Below are positions 58,277-64,000 of a DNA stretch of 64,000 bases, piece by piece. Every line of letters starts with the position of its first letter. Within the stretch, counting starts at the first letter, position 1. This DNA comes from a bacterium (GTDB lineage: Bacteria; UBA9089; JASEIO01): NCBI GenBank assembly GCA_030017475.1, contig JASEIO010000001.1, positions 13,495 to 77,494 on the forward strand, in the 5' to 3' direction. The notes beneath the pieces were generated by a model. The model made no database searches. It was not told the origin of the DNA and saw only the letters and a list, made by a program, of their open reading frames with translations. The position numbers and the translations under genes are program-made.

Positions 58277-59454
58277 TGGAAGAGATTATGAGGGAAGAAG
58301 AGTTTTATAAAGATGCAGTTAAACCTATTAGAGAAGGAGAGATAATCGAGGGTGTAGTGGTCAAGATAGATCCAGAATGTATATTTGTTGATATTGGGTG
58401 TAAATCTGAAGGGATTGTACCTTTAAATGAATCAGGTGGAAAAAGAAAAGATATAAAGGTGGGAGATAGGATTTCGGTGTTTGTATTAAAGACAGAAGAT
58501 AGGGTAGTCCTTTCTAAAAAAAGGGCAGATTTAGAAAAAAGCTGGAGTATGGTAGAGCGTGCTTTTGAAACAGGTGAGATAATTGAGGCACGTGTTTTAA
58601 AGGTAGTAAAAGGTGGTTTATTAATTTCGCTTGGTTCTATCTTCGGTTTTTTACCTGCAGCACATTTGGAAAAGGGATTTGTCAAGGATCTTAAAAGGTA
58701 TGTAAATAAGTTATTAAGATTAAAGGTCTTGGAAGTAAACCGAAGACAGAATAGGGTTATTCTTTCACAAAAGGTAGTTTTGGAAGAGGAAGATAGGAAA
58801 AGAAAGGAGGCTTTATTAGATAGCTTAAGCGAGGGAGAGATTCGAAAAGGTAGTGTTTCAGGTATTACCTCTTTTGGTGTTTTTGTTGATTTAGGTGGGA
58901 TTGATGGCTTGGTTAGGAAGACGGAGTTATCATATAATAAGGTAAATCATCCAAAGGAGGTTATATCCAAAGGAGCGGAGGTGGATGTAAAGGTATTAAA
59001 ATTTAATCGTAAAGAAGGGAAGATATCTTTATCTATAAAACAAGCCTTGCCTGACCCTTGGGATTCAGTGGATAAGAAGTTTTCATTAGGGCAGATAGTT
59101 AAAGGAAAAGTGGTCAATATGACTAAAGCATGTGTATTTGTGGAACTTGAACCTGGAATCGATGGCTTGATCCCTTTGCGTGAGTTAGGGAAAAAAGGCA
59201 TAGGTTCCCCCCGTGATGTAGTAAAGATTGGGGATGAGGTAAGTGCTAAAATTTTAGAGATAGTTAAAGAGTCAAAAAGGATCATTTTAAGTATTCGTAG
59301 AATCTTTGATGATGAGGAAAGAAATGATATTAGTCGCTACCTTAATGCCCAAAAGAGGGAAAGACTTACATTGGGTGAAATAATTAAAGAGAAATTGGAG
59401 AATAGTGGGAAGAAGATAATACAGGAGGCGGTTAATGGGGTTAACCGGGATTGA
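58276..59454 (+). CDS. S1 RNA-binding domain protein (short four-S1-repeat ribosomal protein S1 homologue)
   Basis: 392 aa with four tandem S1 domains (G.VV.I....F.D.G..EG..P...). Size and layout resemble the roughly 380-aa S1 homologue of Firmicutes. Confidence 0.75.
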   Translation: MEEIMREEEFYKDAVKPIREGEIIEGVVVKIDPECIFVDIGCKSEGIVPLNESGGKRKDIKVGDRISVFVLKTEDRVVLSKKRADLEKSWSMVERAFETGEIIEARVLKVVKGGLLISLGSIFGFLPAAHLEKGFVKDLKRYVNKLLRLKVLEVNRRQNRVILSQKVVLEEEDRKRKEALLDSLSEGEIRKGSVSGITSFGVFVDLGGIDGLVRKTELSYNKVNHPKEVISKGAEVDVKVLKFNRKEGKISLSIKQALPDPWDSVDKKFSLGQIVKGKVVNMTKACVFVELEPGIDGLIPLRELGKKGIGSPRDVVKIGDEVSAKILEIVKESKRIILSIRRIFDDEERNDISRYLNAQKRERLTLGEIIKEKLENSGKKIIQEAVNGVNRD

Positions 59455-60787
59455 AATCTTTAAGAAGTTACCCAAAACAAATTGTGGTGAATGTGGGGTT
59501 CCTACCTGTCTTGCCTTTGCCATGAAACTTTCGCAAGGGAAGGCAGATTTAGAGGCTTGTCCCCATGTTTCAGCCAGTGTTAAAATGGAGCTTTCTGAGG
59601 CATCTCTACCTCCAATTCGTGGAGTTAGAATCGGTATTGAAGAATCTGCTTTAAAGATTGGAGAGGAAACTGTTCTTTTCCGTCATGACAAACGTTTTGA
59701 AAATCCCCCTGGTTTTGCTATATTAATTAGCGATTCAATGAAGAGGGAAGAGATTGAGGATAAGGTAAGTCAATTGAATACAGTGAAATTTGAAAGGGTT
59801 GGCTTAGAATTAAAACCAGAATTGGTGGCCATTAAGTGTGGATCAAAGGATAAAACCCAGTTTTCTTCTGTGGTAAAAACCATAATAGATAGAACAAAGA
59901 AGGGGATTATTTTAATTGAAGAGGATGTTGATATCTTGCAAGAGGCAGTGAAAATATGTAAAGAGAGAAGGCCCCTTTTATATGCTGCAACTGCGGCTAA
60001 TTATGAAACTATGGGGCGATTAGCCAAATCCAATAATTTGCCATTGTCGGTAAAAGGGCGTGATTTAGAGGAATTGGCTGAAATTACAAAGAGGCTTATG
60101 GATATGGGTATCCTGGATATGGTGATTGATCCGGGTTCAAATAATATAAAGCGTGCAGTGGAAGATCAAACCTTTATTAGACGTTTAGCATTGGAAAAAA
60201 CCTATAGACCCCTTGGTTTTCCAACAATTACCTTTCCTTGTGAGATGACAGATAATCCTATGAAAGAGATGCTTTACGCCTCAATCTTAGTTTCAAAATA
60301 CGCTGGGATTATTGTCTTATCTGACCTAAGTTCTCATTATATGTTTCCACTTCTTGTTTATAGAATGAATATTTATACGGATCCACAGCGTCCAATGACT
60401 ATGGAACAAGGTATTTATGAGATAAATGGTTCCCGAGAAGATTCACCAGTGATTATAACCACAAATTTCTCTTTGACCTATTTTATTGTGTCATCAGAAG
60501 TTGAGTCAAGTAAAGTTCCAACATGGCTTTTGGTTATGGACACAGAAGGTTTGTCTGTATTAACAAGTTGGGCAGCAGGTAAATTCGTTCCTGAGCTAAT
60601 TGCATCTTTTGTGAAAAAGGTAGGTATAGGAAATAGGGTGAGCCACCGGAAGCTTATTATCCCAGGATATGTAGCACAAATTAAAGGGGAATTGGAAGAG
60701 GAATTGGGGGGTGAATGGGAGGTCGTGGTCGGTTGTAGGGAGGCAGGAGATATCCCCGCCTTCCTTCAAAGATACGCCACAGCTTAA
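59435..60787 (+). CDS. acsC: corrinoid iron-sulfur protein large subunit (AcsC/CdhE-like)
   Basis: 450 aa. N-terminal 4Fe-4S motif CGECGVPTCLAFAMKLSQGKADLEACP. TIM-barrel and corrinoid-binding C-terminal parts consistent with CFeSP gamma subunit. Confidence 0.8.
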   Translation: MGLTGIEIFKKLPKTNCGECGVPTCLAFAMKLSQGKADLEACPHVSASVKMELSEASLPPIRGVRIGIEESALKIGEETVLFRHDKRFENPPGFAILISDSMKREEIEDKVSQLNTVKFERVGLELKPELVAIKCGSKDKTQFSSVVKTIIDRTKKGIILIEEDVDILQEAVKICKERRPLLYAATAANYETMGRLAKSNNLPLSVKGRDLEELAEITKRLMDMGILDMVIDPGSNNIKRAVEDQTFIRRLALEKTYRPLGFPTITFPCEMTDNPMKEMLYASILVSKYAGIIVLSDLSSHYMFPLLVYRMNIYTDPQRPMTMEQGIYEINGSREDSPVIITTNFSLTYFIVSSEVESSKVPTWLLVMDTEGLSVLTSWAAGKFVPELIASFVKKVGIGNRVSHRKLIIPGYVAQIKGELEEELGGEWEVVVGCREAGDIPAFLQRYATA

Positions 60788-60857
60788 TTTTCTGAGGAAA
60801 AAAGATTTTCTGATAAAGGTCTATGATTAGAAAACCGGTATGGAAGGTAGGGAGAAG

Positions 60858-61682
60858 ATGATTTTAATTGGAGAATCAATTAATGTGATGAGGAAAGATA
60901 TTTCGCAGGCGATAAAAGAGAGGGATAAGAAACCAATTCAAGATCTGGCATTACACCAGGTTGAAGCCGGAGCAGATTACCTTGACTTAAATATTGGTCC
61001 GTCGAGGAAAGAGGGTCCGGAAATAATGGAATGGATGGTTAATATTGTTCAGGATGTAGTAGATGTACCTTTATCTCTTGATACTACTAATTATTTAGCA
61101 ATTGAAGCGGGATTAAAGGTGGTTAAGAAAAGACCTATTATCAATTCCGTGTCTTCGCAAAAGGAAAGGTTGAAAAACACCCTTCCTTTAGCCAAGAAAT
61201 ATAACGTTCCATTTGTGGCTCTTTTATTGTCAGATGAAGGGATTCCGAGAGATGTCTCGGAGCGGGCAAATGTCTTATTTGAAATCCTATCCAGTTCTCA
61301 AGCTTTAGGAATTCCGAACGAGGACGTTTGGGTTGATCCTATTGTGCTTCCAGTATCAGCAGATCAAAAACAAATGGTTGAATTTGTGGAATTTTTAAAA
61401 GTCATTCCTGATTTAGTGGGAGAAGAATTAAAGACAATCTGTGGTCTTTCAAATGTTTCCAATGGTTCTCCAAAAGAATTGCGTAGTATCTTAAATTGTA
61501 CTTATCTCACAATGTTGCAGGAAGCCGGTTTATATTCAGCTATTGTGGATGTTTTAGATGAAAACATACTTAACACTGCCAAAGGGAAAATCTTAGATTC
61601 CTTTTCTTCACTCGATGTAGAGAAAACGAGATCGGTTTTAAAAAATGAGGTATTATATTGCCATTCCTGGCTTGAACTGTAG
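60858..61682 (+). CDS. acsE: methyltetrahydrofolate:corrinoid/iron-sulfur protein methyltransferase (MeTr, pterin-binding)
   Basis: About 274 aa. MILIGESINVMRKDISQAIKERDKKP ... LDLNIGP matches the MeTr/pterin-binding family. ATG 60858 follows GGGAG. Confidence 0.8.
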   Translation: MILIGESINVMRKDISQAIKERDKKPIQDLALHQVEAGADYLDLNIGPSRKEGPEIMEWMVNIVQDVVDVPLSLDTTNYLAIEAGLKVVKKRPIINSVSSQKERLKNTLPLAKKYNVPFVALLLSDEGIPRDVSERANVLFEILSSSQALGIPNEDVWVDPIVLPVSADQKQMVEFVEFLKVIPDLVGEELKTICGLSNVSNGSPKELRSILNCTYLTMLQEAGLYSAIVDVLDENILNTAKGKILDSFSSLDVEKTRSVLKNEVLYCHSWLEL

Positions 61683-61699
61683 TTAGGATGTGCATAGAA

Positions 61700-61858
61700 A
61701 TGGGTTTTTTGGCTAATATTTGGTCAAGATTGAAGAATATCTTTTCTGCTTCTCCATCTGGTTTTTTATGTGATTCATGCAGGTATGACTATAGAACTGC
61801 CTGTACAAATCCACATAGACCAAATGTTAAGAACTGTTCAAATTACAAAAAGAGATAA
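61700..61858 (+). CDS. small Cys-rich peptide (52 aa, C-x2-C-x8-C-x9-C), putative zinc ribbon
   Basis: Translation MGFLANIWSRLKNIFSASPSGFLCDSCRYDYRTACTNPHRPNVKNCSNYKKR. Not in the ORF track because it is under 60 aa. No RBS seen. Confidence 0.3.
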   Translation: MGFLANIWSRLKNIFSASPSGFLCDSCRYDYRTACTNPHRPNVKNCSNYKKR

Positions 61859-61878
61859 TCTTTGTGGGGTAAAATCGT

Positions 61879-62166
61879 ATGGAGATACATGATGTAGTAG
61901 TTGAGGTTAAGGAATTAAGAAAAAGGTGTCCAGTTTATAAGATTGGAGATAGGATATATTTTAGGAAGGGTTTGGAAGGAAGTTGGGTAATGGATATCGA
62001 GAAAACCAAGATTAAAGAGATATGTGTTTCAGCATTTCCAGCATTAGTTGGAGAGATAGTTAAAGTTCGGCACGCAATTCAAGATATTATTCATGTCCAA
62101 TGTCTTGATCCAGGTCCACCATACACTGAAAATTCAGTAGTCTTTGAGATTAAAAAGGTGGAATAG
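61879..62166 (+). CDS. small Cys-containing protein; from memory resembles the TIGR04076 family (function unknown)
   Basis: 95 aa with CPVYKIGDRIYF ... CVSAFPAL ... VQCLDPGPPYTENSVVFEI motifs. Confidence 0.4.
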   Translation: MEIHDVVVEVKELRKRCPVYKIGDRIYFRKGLEGSWVMDIEKTKIKEICVSAFPALVGEIVKVRHAIQDIIHVQCLDPGPPYTENSVVFEIKKVE

Positions 62167-62572
62167 TAAATGCCCAATTGGCTATTTTCACCATTAATAA
62201 TATCAATATGATGAGCATAACCCCTTTTTTTACTAAGCCACGTAAGTTTCTCTTTTCTTTTGTTTTTCTGTACCATTGAAGGATTATACACCATTCGTAT
62301 ACTGTAAATATAGTAATAAGTACTATTACCAATAGATACACCCACCTCATGAATTCTTCAATCTCCCGGATTGATGTTAAGGTCTCTTTTACTGTCCATG
62401 TAGTTATTCCTGATAGTAGTATTAACATCAAGGCAAAAATGATACCTTTCTCAATAAGTCCCCTTATGTTTCTTCTTTCACCAGTTTTTTCCCACCATCT
62501 GTAAATAACTATCCACTCATAGATGGTAAAAATTATGATAGACATAACCAATACTAAATATAACCACTCCAT
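62150..62572 (-). CDS. hypothetical 4-TM membrane protein built from two tandem ~55-aa repeats
   Basis: 140 aa. Halves IFTIYEWIVIYRWWEKTGERRNIRGLIEKGIIFALMLILL and IFTVYEWCIILQWYRKTKEKRNLRGLVKKGVMLIILILL are clearly homologous. Convergent to upstream genes. Confidence 0.5.
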   Translation of the reverse strand: MEWLYLVLVMSIIIFTIYEWIVIYRWWEKTGERRNIRGLIEKGIIFALMLILLSGITTWTVKETLTSIREIEEFMRWVYLLVIVLITIFTVYEWCIILQWYRKTKEKRNLRGLVKKGVMLIILILLMVKIANWAFTIPPF

Positions 62573-62865
62573 AGCATACCCTCTTTCCGTTGATTACTTA
62601 AGCGAGATTTGAGAGTATATATAATATAATATATTCCTTATAGGATTGTCAATTAAAAAAGAAAAAGTCCTAAAGTTTTTGTAAGAATTACCCGATATAT
62701 ATAGTGAATGGAAACAATAAGTTAAAAAGGACAGCGTCCCTCCCTGTTGCTCTGTTTATAACATAAAGTATTTCATGTTGGCTAAGTAAATATTAGTTTA
62801 CTTAGCCTTTTTTATTAGTGATTCAATTTAGCCATTTAGATTTTTATTAGGATTTTAGATTTTTG

Positions 62866-62894
62866 TTGACAAGGAAGTATATTTGTGGTATAAT
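62866..62894 (+). promoter_or_regulatory. canonical sigma-70 promoter of pilM
   Basis: TTGACA (62866-62871), 17-nt spacer, TATAAT (62889-62894). 29 nt upstream of the pilM ATG in an AT-rich 350-bp intergenic region. Confidence 0.55.
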
Positions 62895-62922
62895 TAAAAA
62901 CGATTAGAGTGTAGGTGTTAAA

Positions 62923-63990
62923 ATGTTTGGTAGAAAAACATGTGTTGGTTTAGATATCTCGCAATACTGTGTAAAGATGGTAGAATTAAAAAAGGCTCGA
63001 GGAAAAATCTCGTTGAATAAGTTAGGAATGGCCAAGATTCCAAAGGGAAGTGAGGAAGAGCAGCCAGAATTGACGGTAAAGACAATAAGACAGGTATTAC
63101 ATGCCAGTAAGGTGAAAGCAAAAGAGGTTTCTGTTGCAGTTTCTGGAACCTCAGTTGTAGTGAGATATATTAGACTGCCTTATGTAAGTGAACAGGAGTT
63201 AAGAGGGGTTATTAAATATGAGGCAGAAGAATATATCCCTTTTGGAACAGAAGATGTGATTATGGACTTTCAGATTTTAGGAGATCTTGTAGATAGCAGG
63301 GGGGATAGAAAGATAGATGTGTTGCTTGTAGCTGCAAAAAAAGGTTTTGTTGATCAAAGACTAAGTATTATAAAAAAGGCAGGATTAAAACCATTATTTC
63401 TAAATGTGGATACCTTTTGTAATGAGGAGGTATGGGATTATAATTATGAGCAGAAGGAAGATGTAGTAGCATTAGTGGATATTGGCGAAAGATTTACTAA
63501 TGTCAATGTTGTAGAAGGAGGAATTTCTCGTTTCAATCGAGATTTACTAGTTGGAGGGAGTGGGTTTACCCAAAGCATACAGAAAGAGTTTAACATAAGC
63601 CCTGAAGAGGCAGAGGCAATGAAAGAGGAAAAAGGGGCTATTCTGTCAGAGGAAGAATTGATGAGGGCTGATCAGACTCTGTCCCGTATCTCAGATGCAA
63701 TTGAAATTGTTGCCTCAAAGTTAACAAGAGAATTGGAGCGTTCTTTTGCCTATTATTATACTCAGGCTTCTCGAAAAAGGATTGATAAAGTAGCTTTATG
63801 TGGGGGCTCAGCAAAATTAAGGAACTTAGATAAATTTTTAGGGGCAGGTTTAGGTATTCCAGTTATAGTTACTAATCCCTTTGATAGAATTGAGATAAAT
63901 GAATCGGTTTTTGATAAAGGATTTATAGATAAGATTTCTCCATTATTTACGGTTGCTGTTGGCTTGTCATTAAGAGGCTTACTTGCTTAG
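62923..63990 (+). CDS. pilM: type IV pilus assembly protein PilM (actin-like ATPase)
   Basis: 355 aa. N-terminus VGLDISQYCVKMVEL. Actin/FtsA-like fold (DIGERFTNVNVVEGG ... LCGGSAKL). Preceded by a canonical promoter. Confidence 0.85.
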   Translation: MFGRKTCVGLDISQYCVKMVELKKARGKISLNKLGMAKIPKGSEEEQPELTVKTIRQVLHASKVKAKEVSVAVSGTSVVVRYIRLPYVSEQELRGVIKYEAEEYIPFGTEDVIMDFQILGDLVDSRGDRKIDVLLVAAKKGFVDQRLSIIKKAGLKPLFLNVDTFCNEEVWDYNYEQKEDVVALVDIGERFTNVNVVEGGISRFNRDLLVGGSGFTQSIQKEFNISPEEAEAMKEEKGAILSEEELMRADQTLSRISDAIEIVASKLTRELERSFAYYYTQASRKRIDKVALCGGSAKLRNLDKFLGAGLGIPVIVTNPFDRIEINESVFDKGFIDKISPLFTVAVGLSLRGLLA

Positions 63991-64000
63991 TCCTTTTAAA

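Overview
This 64-kb, low-GC window lies on a single replicon and is almost entirely plus-strand coding. Approximate map:

- **1–3158:** topA 3' end, xerC (codV-like), hslV, hslU.
- **3260–34293:** a large flagellar cluster in the Bacillus fla/che gene order: flgB, flgC, fliE, fliF, fliG, fliH, fliI, fliJ, an SLT lytic transglycosylase, a YlxF-like MgtE_N protein, fliK, flgD, flgE, flbD, motA, motB, fliL, fliM, fliY, fliO, a Maf/DUF115 gene, fliP, fliQ, fliR, flhB, flhA, flhF, flhG, a small membrane ORF, fliA, and a FapA/DUF342 protein. It has no cheY/cheA/cheW/cheB/cheC/cheD genes.
- **34340–38833:** two small unknown genes, then coaD, tig, clpP, clpX.
- **39760–51420:** serA, leuC, leuD, purA, tRNA-Lys(TTT), tRNA-Thr(GGT), a PASTA-only protein, rpe, argC, argJ, mtnA, mtnP, an HD dGTPase-like gene.
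- **51547–53733:** a membrane-anchored STAND NTPase with TPR repeats.
- **53776–61682:** a Wood-Ljungdahl methyl-branch and corrinoid module: fhs, RACo, folD, an S1-domain protein, acsC, acsE.
- **61700–63990:** small Cys-rich ORFs, an internally duplicated membrane protein on the minus strand, and pilM.

Most notable features:

1. A giant flgE of about 1488 aa whose roughly 1100-aa insertion holds two duplicated hook-IN-like modules and about 570 aa of tetrapeptide-periodic Gly/Val/Ile repeats.
2. A Maf-family gene embedded between fliO and fliP.
3. A lytic transglycosylase without a signal peptide, encoded inside the export-apparatus operon.
4. Twin sigma-28-type promoters upstream of flgB and flgD sharing one architecture.
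5. Several conserved intergenic motifs inside the flagellar cluster.
6. A four-site ACAA-N3-TTGT operator-like array upstream of the STAND-TPR gene.

No CRISPR array, rRNA gene or obvious mobile element was seen.
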